This document shows positions 9,634 to 17,435 of a stretch of 64,000 nucleotides of DNA, piece by piece; positions within the stretch are counted from its first letter, which is position 1; each line of letters starts with the position of its first letter. This stretch comes from Candidatus Bathyarchaeota archaeon. GTDB taxonomy: Archaea > Thermoproteota > Bathyarchaeia > Bathyarchaeales > Bathyarchaeaceae. The DNA lies in NCBI GenBank assembly GCA_963772765.1, contig CAVYYP010000013.1, forward strand, positions 13,377-77,376, written 5' to 3'. A program made the position numbers and the translations under genes. Under the pieces are notes generated by a model. That model did no database searches. It had not been told where the DNA came from and worked only from the letters and a program-made list of their open reading frames with translations.

Positions 9634-10838
9634 TGGTTGGTCCTCCCTAAAATGTGGATGTACGCTTTTGTGCCAAAACCTTCAAGCTCTGAAACACAAC
9701 CCAACACTGGCGCTTCTCCGTCTATTTCCACTTGCCTGTTGCCAGCTTCGCCTCTTAGCTGTTTAACGATTTCAAAAATTTGTGCACCTCCAGTTGCTCC
9801 AAGAGGATTGCCGTCAGCCTTTAGACCGCCATTCAAGTTTACGAAGAGCTTTCTGCCATCGATTTCGTAGAAGCCCTCATAGTTTTCGCAGCTCTTGTAG
9901 ATGTGGCTCCATGCTGTTCCTCTCTTGCAGAAACCAAGGTCTTCCAAGGACAGCATCTCCAAAAGAGTTGACTGATCGTAAAGTTCAGCCAGCTGAATGT
10001 CTGTCCCATCAATTTTTGCCTGTTTTAGGGCATCATTCATTGCTAACGAGCTTGCCAAAAATCCTGTTCTGTCTGTTCTTGAAGGAAAAGTAACATAATC
10101 CGTTGCTGACCCAGAGCCTAAGACCTGAATGGGAGTGTTTTTACATTTTTTGGCTACTTCAGGGCTCGCCAATATCAATGCCGAGGCGCCATCCGATATG
10201 GGCGCAAAATCAAACAATCCTAATGAGCTACATGCTGATTTTCGTGCTTTCATTACAGTCTCTACGGTGAGATTGCTTTTGTATTGGGCGTAGGGGTTTT
10301 GTGTGGCGTTTTTGTGGTTTTTGACTGTTATTTGAGCAAGTGCTGTGTAGAGTTTTTCGAGGTTTTCTCCTTTGATGCCATATTTTTTGATGTATCCTTT
10401 TAGCAGAAGCTCATGGTTTGCTTCTGGTGTGCAGCCTGCGTAGTAGCTCCATGGGTCTTCTAGGAGCATGAGGTCATCTCGGATTTTGTCCCATCTGTCA
10501 GTCATTTTTTCCATTCCACCTACTAGGACGATGTCGTAGTTTCCTGATTGGACTGCGTGGCAAGCGTTTAGTAGTGCGGAGCTGAATGATCTGGTTTTTT
10601 CCATGGGAACGTGGAGTTCTAGGAGTTCTGAGAAGAAGCCTTCTTCGAGTCCAATTTTGTTTGTGACTTGGAGGAAGTAGTCTGAAAGGTAGCAGGCGTG
10701 TAGGTCTTTTCGGGTTATGCCTGCGGAGTCTAGTGCTTGGAGTCCAGCTTCTTCTATTAGAGATTCGGGGTCTCTTTCGTAGTGTTCTCCGAAGTGTGTC
10801 CTGCCTACTCCGATTATGGCAGGGTTTTGTGATTTCAT
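9630..10838 (-). CDS. acetyl-CoA C-acetyltransferase (archaeal thiolase)
   Basis: MKSQNPAIIGVGRTHFGEHY....VLVGGMEKMT..SDGASALILAS..GNPLGATGGAQIFEIVKQLRGEAG is an archaeal SCP-x type thiolase. It is translationally coupled to the HMGCS gene. Confidence 0.8.
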   Translation of the reverse strand: MKSQNPAIIGVGRTHFGEHYERDPESLIEEAGLQALDSAGITRKDLHACYLSDYFLQVTNKIGLEEGFFSELLELHVPMEKTRSFSSALLNACHAVQSGNYDIVLVGGMEKMTDRWDKIRDDLMLLEDPWSYYAGCTPEANHELLLKGYIKKYGIKGENLEKLYTALAQITVKNHKNATQNPYAQYKSNLTVETVMKARKSACSSLGLFDFAPISDGASALILASPEVAKKCKNTPIQVLGSGSATDYVTFPSRTDRTGFLASSLAMNDALKQAKIDGTDIQLAELYDQSTLLEMLSLEDLGFCKRGTAWSHIYKSCENYEGFYEIDGRKLFVNLNGGLKADGNPLGATGGAQIFEIVKQLRGEAGNRQVEIDGEAPVLGCVSELEGFGTKAYIHILGRTNQ

Positions 10839-10937
10839 AAATTCAACGTCCTCTTAACTGGGAGTTTATTTCTGGAATTACCCTCCTTTAAAGAGTTATC
10901 CTTATCCGAGAAATGAAAACAGCATTTTTGATCGTTA

Positions 10938-11450
10938 ATGACCCTGTTTTTGGTCAGTTTTGAAGCCCAACAAATCTTTATCTGCCAGGCGATTGTATTC
11001 ATGATGTCTTGGTGTCGTCTTATGTTTGCTTCTTTTGTCGCCGCCTTTTTCTCGGATAGCATAACTTTGCCAGCAGGACTTGATGAGATACTGTTTCTCA
11101 TACTTTCTTTTGTAATCATCTTAGGTGTCATGAGTATTGTCTTCTATTCTTTGGGCAACGTTGTTATTGGACGAAAAAAGGTCAACCTGAAAGAAGCATT
11201 CTATATTTCTATTCTTGGAAGCCTGATTTTGATTGTTTGCCTATCTTTTGTTGCTCTAGAGCTTGCATTGCTTCTGTCTTTTGCGGCATGGCTGATTTTG
11301 GTCAAGTACTATTATGAATCAGGCTTTGCAGGAGCCATCGCAGTGGCAGTTACTTCTGCATTTGTTTCGCTTGCTGTTTTAGAAATTTTAAGTGTAGTCT
11401 TTGATTTTCCGCTACTTTTTGATTGGATACCACTTTTCATTGCAGTCTAA
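10938..11450 (+). CDS. hypothetical membrane protein
   Basis: 170-aa hydrophobic ORF with 4-5 TM stretches. No family recognised and the start is uncertain. Confidence 0.4.
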   Translation: MTLFLVSFEAQQIFICQAIVFMMSWCRLMFASFVAAFFSDSITLPAGLDEILFLILSFVIILGVMSIVFYSLGNVVIGRKKVNLKEAFYISILGSLILIVCLSFVALELALLLSFAAWLILVKYYYESGFAGAIAVAVTSAFVSLAVLEILSVVFDFPLLFDWIPLFIAV

Positions 11451-11478
11451 AGGCTTCGGGGATTATGGGGAGAAGACG

Positions 11479-12015
11479 GTGGTTGACCCGAAGAAACGGA
11501 CTGTTGTTCTTGGTTTAGTTTTTGTGTTGCTGCTTGTTGTTGCTTATGCCGAGAATGGTTCCTTTTTTGGAACTGTAGGTGACGTTTTTTTAATCCGCCG
11601 TTGGCTGTATTTTTTATTTTTGTCCATAATGTTTTGGTTGTTTCTCTTATTCTGCTTGGGATGACGTTTTATGTTGGGCTTGTTCTGAATTTTATGCCTA
11701 ACAGAAAAGAGGAATATGTAATCATTAATAATCCGCGAATTTTTGCGTTTGTGTTCACTTTGATTGTGCTGTTTCTCAGTATTCTTAGGGCTAGCATGTT
11801 GGTTTATGGTCAGGTGATGGTTGGACACGCTGTTTTTTGTTGTGTTGCTTAGCACTCCCAATGCCGCCATCGAGGGATACGGTATTTACAAGACAATAGA
11901 AAAGACACTGAACAGACGGATGGCGACAAGGGCTCTTGTTGCGATTTGTCTGATATTCTTTGTTGCTGCGCTTATCGAGGTGGGGTTCGTGTATCTGCTA
12001 AGGGCAATAGCCTAA
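11479..12015 (+). pseudogene. SpoIIM/DUF95-like membrane protein broken over three frames (two homopolymer frameshifts)
   Basis: Pieces 11401-11664, 11601-11852 and 11821-12015 run in frames 1, 3 and 1. Joined at T7 (11585-11591) and T6 (11833-11838) they read ..FFIFVHNVLVVSLILLGMTFYVG...LLSTPNAAIEGYGIY.., which resembles SpoIIM-type proteins. Confidence 0.5.
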
Positions 12016-12024
12016 GATTATGTG

Positions 12025-12273
12025 CTATTTTGGTTTGGGTTTGATTTGCTCTGTTATTATCATGGTTGTTGTCAAGAAAACGTCGGGGAGCACTCTAAGT
12101 TTTTCTGTTAAGAATTTGTCCATGTGAGCGATGTCTTGGACGTCTATTTTTATTACAACATCGTTTTCTCCGATTACAAGATTTGCCTCGACAACTTCCT
12201 TGAAGTCAGAGATTCCTTTAAGAAATTCTCGTTCTGAACCAGATTTTACGGTTATTAGAACATATGCAAGCAA
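12025..12273 (-). CDS. stand-alone Lrp/AsnC ligand-binding (RAM) domain protein
   Basis: MLAYVLITVKSGSEREFLKGISDFKEVVEANLVIGENDVVIKIDVQDIAHMDKFLTEKLRVLPDV is a typical roughly 80-aa RAM domain. Confidence 0.7.
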   Translation of the reverse strand: MLAYVLITVKSGSEREFLKGISDFKEVVEANLVIGENDVVIKIDVQDIAHMDKFLTEKLRVLPDVFLTTTMIITEQIKPKPK

Positions 12274-12398
12274 GTCGGTTCACCAATCTACTTATGGTGA
12301 TGGTTTCTGGCGGAACTTAACTTTTTGGATAAAACCATTTTCCTGAAAAATTGTTACTATTGTACATGTGAACTTGTTTTACTAGAAATTGTGCTGTG

Positions 12399-12455
12399 CA
12401 GAAAAATTTTCAGAAAAAATGTTGTTTTCAACATTCTATTAGGATCCTAAAAGGC
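12399..12455 (-). terminator. hairpin plus T-run module, copy 1 of a ~55-nt repeated intergenic element
   Basis: On the minus strand, AATGTTG-AAAA-CAACATT (12418-12435) is followed by TTTTTTC, 43 nt downstream of the stop of gene 12498-12698. Core 12413-12438 is identical to 49797-49822. Confidence 0.45.
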
Positions 12456-12497
12456 AACATGAGCATGTGAATAATCTAGGGCTGCCTTGTAGATTGT

Positions 12498-12698
12498 TTA
12501 TTCTCCTCTTGGGATGAGGAGGAATCCGCCTGCGATTGCGATTATGATTCCGACGACTAGGAAGATGTTTGAGAATAGGCTTATGTCACCTGCTGGGGGT
12601 GTCAGGGATATGTACGCAAAGAATGCTCCGAGTATTATTAGTGCTAATCCGATCAGTTTTTCGGTAATGGATAGTCCAAGGGGCACATCTGCGCTCAT
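12498..12698 (-). CDS. small membrane protein (2 TM)
   Basis: 66-aa ORF with two clear hydrophobic helices. No family recognised. Confidence 0.45.
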   Translation of the reverse strand: MSADVPLGLSITEKLIGLALIILGAFFAYISLTPPAGDISLFSNIFLVVGIIIAIAGGFLLIPRGE

Positions 12699-12781
12699 GT
12701 CAGAACCTCAAGATTTTACTTTACAGTCTTAAGCTTATTTTAATCTATCTGAGTTACAACACGGTTTTGTAGCATTAAACT

Positions 12782-13180
12782 CTATTCGATTACTGTGAAG
12801 TTTCGGGGTTGTCCGTTTCTGTCAAATATTTTGATGTTTTGTTCGGTCTGGTAGGGGTAGCCGGTTATGAGCATTAGTCTTCCATAAAATTTGTTTAGGT
12901 CGGTAACTGAGGGACGTAAAGCGCCTGAGGGGTGTGAGTGAGCAACGCCCATTATCGAGAAATCCATTGGCAGCATGTGAAGCGGAAAGGCTGAGAAGGC
13001 TCTTCCATGGGTTGATAGTGGCGGAATCTGGACATCTTCGAGTGTGATTTTCTTTTTGTCGTTTTTGCCTTTTAGCAGAAGGATTGATTCTCGGGGATGG
13101 CACATTTGTGCGTAGCTTAGGATGCTGTCCACGACTTGTTGCTTGATGAAAATTTCTTTGTCCACTCTTGTTCCGCCCAT
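12782..13180 (-). CDS. JAB1/MPN/Mov34 (JAMM) metalloprotease domain protein
   Basis: ..CHPRESILLL.. and GVAHSHPSGALRPSVTDL give the E...HxHx7Sx2D JAMM motif in a compact 132-aa protein. Confidence 0.75.
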   Translation of the reverse strand: MGGTRVDKEIFIKQQVVDSILSYAQMCHPRESILLLKGKNDKKKITLEDVQIPPLSTHGRAFSAFPLHMLPMDFSIMGVAHSHPSGALRPSVTDLNKFYGRLMLITGYPYQTEQNIKIFDRNGQPRNFTVIE

Positions 13181-13201
13181 TGTTGTTTATATGAAGTCTG
13201 T

Positions 13202-13558
13202 TCAGGGTTGATGTTTTAGTTTTCGGTAGGCTTGTAGGTAGTCCTTTGCGAAGCCGTCAGCATATTTTTCTATGCCGCCCTGAGCATTTGACACGCTTCT
13301 GAGATGGTGATAAAATTCATGAAGAATTACAAAAGGATTGTATAGAATGTCTCTGCAAGAAACATGTATTGTTCGGTTCTTATGAACATAGCATCCTGGA
13401 TTCTTTGAGTAACGTTTTGGCATGCCAACCTTGAGTTTTGGCTCAACCACACCATAGTGGCTACTTAGAAGTTGAAGAGCTTCTGAAGTGTCCTTGGAGA
13501 GAATCAAGTAAACGATTTTTGCTTTGAATAAAGGGTCTGCAGTTTCCATGTTAGCCAA
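13202..13558 (-). CDS. putative zinc metalloprotease (HExxH) of unknown family
   Basis: The 118-aa ORF contains ..NPFVILHEFYHHLRS.. (an HExxH motif). It lies 21 nt upstream of the JAMM gene on the same strand. Confidence 0.4.
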   Translation of the reverse strand: MANMETADPLFKAKIVYLILSKDTSEALQLLSSHYGVVEPKLKVGMPKRYSKNPGCYVHKNRTIHVSCRDILYNPFVILHEFYHHLRSVSNAQGGIEKYADGFAKDYLQAYRKLKHQP

Positions 13559-13597
13559 GACACATTGGTTTGACTGCAGGGCAACTTTTCTTCTTTT

Positions 13598-13954
13598 CTA
13601 CCAGCCATGTTTTATTGTTGAAGGAGTTGCTCCAGCTTGTTCTTTCTCCTTCTTTTCAGCATGCTTAAACTTGCGAAGTTTTACAACGTCGCCTTCCAGT
13701 TCAACCCAATAATGGCGATTCAAATGTTGCTGGTAAACAAACTTGTTCACCAGATGCTTCAACTCTTTTGCTGATAAGGAATCGTCATAAACTAAGATTT
13801 TGCTGCCGCTTACTTTCACATCAGCGTCAAGCTTAGAAGTTAAGAAACTAGACAAGGACTTGCGGCTTTCCTTTTCCAATTTGCTTAAAGCCACGGTTAG
13901 CTTACGTTTCCCCCTCAGAAACAACATTTTCGACACTACGACAACATCATACAC
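13598..13954 (-). CDS. ribosomal protein L22e-like protein (eukaryote-type)
   Basis: ..LSSFLTSKLDADVKVSGSKILVYDDSLSAKELKHLVNKFVYQQHLNRHYWVELEGDVVKLRKF.. parallels eukaryotic eL22 (..FLQERIKVNGK..ITV.S...[27 protein letters not shown]....YELRYF). The start is either GTG 13954 or ATG 13927. Confidence 0.55.
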   Translation of the reverse strand: MYDVVVVSKMLFLRGKRKLTVALSKLEKESRKSLSSFLTSKLDADVKVSGSKILVYDDSLSAKELKHLVNKFVYQQHLNRHYWVELEGDVVKLRKFKHAEKKEKEQAGATPSTIKHGW

Positions 13955-14277
13955 ATTCGGTTTTTATTAGTTTAACGAAAAACGAGAAACATCAAAACCT
14001 ATTGACAAAAACAACTCTTTAGGGCTTTGAATTAAGTAGAAGGTAGTACCCCAACCAAAATAAAACTGAGCCATCAGGGGGAGATAAAGCTAGTTTTAGA
14101 TCGGGGTACCACGCACCCCAAAAACTACCTCGCCAGTAATAAAGATTGCTGAAAGCCACCAAAAAAATACAACATAAGAGTTGAATGGTGGATGGTAGTT
14201 AACATTCATAAAAATATACGAATTAATGAAAAACTACGTGCTATAATGAAGATAATACTACGAAAACAGCTTACGAT

Positions 14278-14805
14278 TTAGACATGTGCTAGAGCTATTT
14301 TCTTTTTTGGTTGTTGTTGTGGCAGAAATTCGATTACTGTTTTTGTTCCTGTTTTGGTGTATTCTGATTCTGTTGGACGTACTTTTTTTCCTGTAGATAA
14401 CTGAATGAAAGCCATGGCTGCAAGTGCAAAAGGACAAGTTGTATCTTTGGTATTAAGAAACTCGTGAATATGCTTTGAGAATCTACAGCCTTCAACATGA
14501 AACAGATACTTTCCATCCTCAATCTCATCAATATCAACCCACTTTGCAGCCCCATTTTTTAGAAGATTTTCTAAAAAGTTCTCCAAAATCTTGCCAGAGC
14601 TTTCTTCGTCAACTAGATTAGGATTCTCTTTATGGACAACCATATTGATGTTATCAAGAATTGGATGAATAAGCGAAGCCTCTCCAGTGCCCAAAATATC
14701 TTTTACTGACTTCTGATATGCAAATAGCACGGTGTGAAAGAAACTACACATGTCAACAGGACGATTTTGCATACTTATCACACGATAGAATGCATTTTTC
14801 ATCAT
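14278..14805 (-). CDS. hypothetical protein, possibly V4R-like small-molecule-binding domain
   Basis: The C-terminal half ..YLFHVEGCRFSKHIHEFLNTKDTTCPFALAAMAFIQ.. resembles Cys-containing V4R-type domains. Weak assignment. Confidence 0.3.
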   Translation of the reverse strand: MMKNAFYRVISMQNRPVDMCSFFHTVLFAYQKSVKDILGTGEASLIHPILDNINMVVHKENPNLVDEESSGKILENFLENLLKNGAAKWVDIDEIEDGKYLFHVEGCRFSKHIHEFLNTKDTTCPFALAAMAFIQLSTGKKVRPTESEYTKTGTKTVIEFLPQQQPKKKIALAHV

Positions 14806-14864
14806 AAAAGCTTCATGAATACTGAATAAGGATTAGAAATTATTCAGAAACCAACTCTACTGTA

Positions 14865-15395
14865 CTAACGTTCTTGCCTATGTCTGCTCTTTTTCTTTTG
14901 ATCGTCTGCCAAGTACCCAAAAGAAAAAGGTTTTGCTATTGGTCCCTTTAGGTCTACCAAAATGAAGCTTACATCTGCCATCATTTTTCCAAAAAGATTT
15001 CTGTTTTCAGCAAAAAACTCCTTGTAAGCAGCATAATCTTTGTGTAAAGAAATTGTAATAGCATCTGCTCCTAATCCATCAGCCCTCGCCGTAAACACGA
15101 TTTCAGGATGGCTCATTGCCCACTCTTCTGATCTGTCTTCAATTTCTGGAACCTGATTCATATTGAATTTTACAAAAGAAAACGCTAAAATCTCATAGCC
15201 TATTTTAGCAAAATTAGGAATTGCAGAAAAATGCGATATATAGCCCTCTTTCAGCAACTTACCCTTCAGCCGAGACACAGTTGCCTGAGAAACACCCAAC
15301 TCCTTAGCAACTTGGCTATCGCTTCGATTGGAGTCCTTCAAATATTCGAAAAGAAGCCTAAACAAGGTTGATGATCCGTCAGGACTTCTCTCCAT
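14865..15395 (-). CDS. Lrp/AsnC-like transcriptional regulator (paralog 1)
   Basis: HTH ..SDSQVAKELGVSQATVSRLKGKLLKEGYISHFSAIP.. is followed by a RAM-like domain (..IGYEILAFSFVKFN..). It is a tandem paralog of 15605-16117. Confidence 0.65.
   Translation of the reverse strand: MERSPDGSSTLFRLLFEYLKDSNRSDSQVAKELGVSQATVSRLKGKLLKEGYISHFSAIPNFAKIGYEILAFSFVKFNMNQVPEIEDRSEEWAMSHPEIVFTARADGLGADAITISLHKDYAAYKEFFAENRNLFGKMMADVSFILVDLKGPIAKPFSFGYLADDQKKKSRHRQER
15216..15313. repeat. 98-nt near-identical segment shared by the two Lrp-like paralogs (copy 1)
   Basis: aggaattgcagaaaaatgcgatatatagccctct[t/g]tcagcaactta[c/t]c..ccttagcaactt matches 15935-16032 at 96 of 98 positions by eye. Flanking coding sequence is much more diverged. 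Confidence 0.8.
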
Positions 15396-15440
15396 TCACT
15401 ACACATTCCTGAGAGACGAAATGAATACAATAAACATACT

Positions 15441-15459
15441 ATTAACTTTTTGTTCGAAA
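15441..15459 (-). promoter_or_regulatory. conserved upstream element of Lrp-like paralog 1 (TATA-like AAAAGTTAAT on minus strand)
   Basis: attaactttttgttcgaaa is identical at 16166-16184, at the same distance (about 45-65 nt) from each paralog's ATG. Confidence 0.4.
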
Positions 15460-15604
15460 TCCGAACAACAATTCTTCAACTTGAACTAAAATTAGAAATG
15501 AAAATGAAGAAAAAATACAACAATAGACTGAATTCAACACAGACATTTTGTAGATACACAAGTTTTGAATTGTATTCTATCAAATTTTGACCATTTACTA
15601 TTCG

Positions 15605-16117
15605 TCACTCATCAGTTAAGTATTTGAAAGAAAAGTGTTTTGCAATTGGACCGTTAAGGTCAACAAGAATAAAATGAACCTCAGACAGCAAATCTCCCCA
15701 TGTACGCTTATTATCTGCAAGGAACTCCTTGTAGTCAGCATAATTTTTGTGCACTGAAATGTTTATAGCATCCATCCCCATGCCTTCTGCCAATGCATCA
15801 AACAATATCTCGGGATGATTTTTCGCCCAACTTTTTGCTATTTTTTTAATTTTAGGAAAATTCTCCATCACTTTATCCATATTGAACTTAACAATGGAAA
15901 ATGCCAAAATTTCATAACCCATTTTAGACAGGTCAGGAATTGCAGAAAAATGCGATATATAGCCCTCTGTCAGCAACTTACTCTTCAGCCGAGACACAGT
16001 TGCCTGAGAAACACCCAACTCCTTAGCAACTTTACTGTCAGACATGTCGGAATCTTTTAGATACTCGAACAGAAGCTGAAACAGTATTTTCTTTGTTCCA
16101 CCCAGTTTTCGCCCCAT
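15605..16117 (-). CDS. Lrp/AsnC-like transcriptional regulator (paralog 2)
   Basis: MGRKLGGTKKILFQLLFEYLKDSDMSDSKVAKELGVSQATVSRLKSKLLTEGYISHFSAIP.. The ATG at 16117 was chosen by alignment with paralog 1 and its conserved leader; the ORF track extends to 16204. Confidence 0.65.
   Translation of the reverse strand: MGRKLGGTKKILFQLLFEYLKDSDMSDSKVAKELGVSQATVSRLKSKLLTEGYISHFSAIPDLSKMGYEILAFSIVKFNMDKVMENFPKIKKIAKSWAKNHPEILFDALAEGMGMDAINISVHKNYADYKEFLADNKRTWGDLLSEVHFILVDLNGPIAKHFSFKYLTDE
15935..16032. repeat. 98-nt near-identical segment shared by the two Lrp-like paralogs (copy 2)
   Basis: See 15216-15313. Confidence 0.8.
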
Positions 16118-16165
16118 AATGTAACACAGTCCTAAAAGAAAGTATGAATACAAATAAAATACATT

Positions 16166-16184
16166 ATTAACTTTTTGTTCGAAA
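16166..16184 (-). promoter_or_regulatory. conserved upstream element of Lrp-like paralog 2
   Basis: Identical 19-mer to 15441-15459. The downstream leader is also similar (GTATTCAT box). Confidence 0.4.
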
Positions 16185-16336
16185 ATAGACCATATACACA
16201 CCATGTCGAAATAAAATTAAATAAAATGAGAAAAAATGATAAAAAACAGAACTGACATCGAAGGCAAGTTATCACTAACAACGAAATCTAATCAATTTTT
16301 CACAACAAATTTCAAAAAAATAGCTACGTTAAACCA

Positions 16337-17435
16337 CTAATCGGCAGACATTTCCTCCAACTTAGCTGGAAGATACTCATCAACAATATATGTCAAACCA
16401 TACCTGCTGAAAGCCTCTTGCTCCGCCTTCTTCTTGATCTTAAGAAACGTCTTGATCTCCCGCTTCCACAAATCCCCAGTATATCGGGGGTCTTTCTCAA
16501 GCTCATGAAGCCTCTTAATATCAATGTCCGTCAACGGGTCAGTGGGCAACTTGTAGTCAACAATGTCAGTAGCGTAAACTCCGCCCCATTTGGCATCAGG
16601 AGTTGTCAATCCACGGAGATGAGCAGCATTAGCAGAACCGGAAATAATAACCATGGCAATGTGCATTCCCCACGGGTCACCGTCAGTGAATATGAAAATT
16701 GGAAGCTCAAGCTCGCGGTTCAGACGGTTCAGGAAGTGACGGGTGGCTCTAGGCGCTTGTCCTGCAGTCAAAACAAGAAGTGCATTAAATTTTTCATGAA
16801 CTCGCTCCTCAATGAAACGAGTAAACAAGCCACCTTTCTCTATGGCTATAACCTTGTCACAGCCATTCTTTGCAAACTCTGCAGAAACAACAGAAGGACC
16901 AATCATAACGCCATCAGGATGAGAAGTCATGTTAAGCTGTTTTCCCTCATATCCGGGAACAGTATATTCTATAGTTAAATCCCCAAACAGGGCAGAACGC
17001 TCCTCAGGGAAGACATTAAAGTCCTCACGGGCAAAACCTGTCGCAGTCTCCAAGTCTGTAAGTATGTTGTTGGATTCTTGTTGGTCCTTGAAGGTCATCT
17101 CATATGCTTGAGCAGAATAGGTACACATCCCTGAGAGTCGACGTTTTGCGGTTCTTCACAAGCTCGCTGGCAAAAAAACCAGCCCAAACCATCTGCGTAA
17201 AAGGCTTGATGTGGCGAATGTTTCTGGCGTTCCGTTTAACGCTTTTCTCTCCAAGAATATATTGACGAACGTCAGGGCTATAGTAAATGTTCTCTGTTGA
17301 ACGGCTCGGCATCTCTACCCAAGGAAACTTGCCCTCTTCCATCTGATCATATAGGCCGCTACCAAAACCTCTAAGGTCTTTTAGAACATGTTCACTCTTC
17401 TTTTTAGCTGTTTTTTCATAATCAGTCGGTTTCAT
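16337..17435 (-). pseudogene. top6A: DNA topoisomerase VI subunit A (Spo11-like), split by one extra base at 17120-17121
   Basis: ORF 17100-17435 ends ..TSTLRDVY+LFCSSI*. ORF 16337-17128 continues as (MCT)YSAQAYEMTFKDQQESN...TDGDPWG (Toprim). Removing one C from coding GTGTACCTATTC restores ..RDVYYSAQAY.., the catalytic-tyrosine motif. Confidence 0.85.

Noticed and set aside
15452-15466. tRNA-like GTTCGAAATCCGAAC motif upstream of Lrp paralog 1
   Set aside because: It is only a 5-bp hairpin. No acceptor, D or anticodon arms can be folded around it, and it is part of the duplicated promoter/leader.
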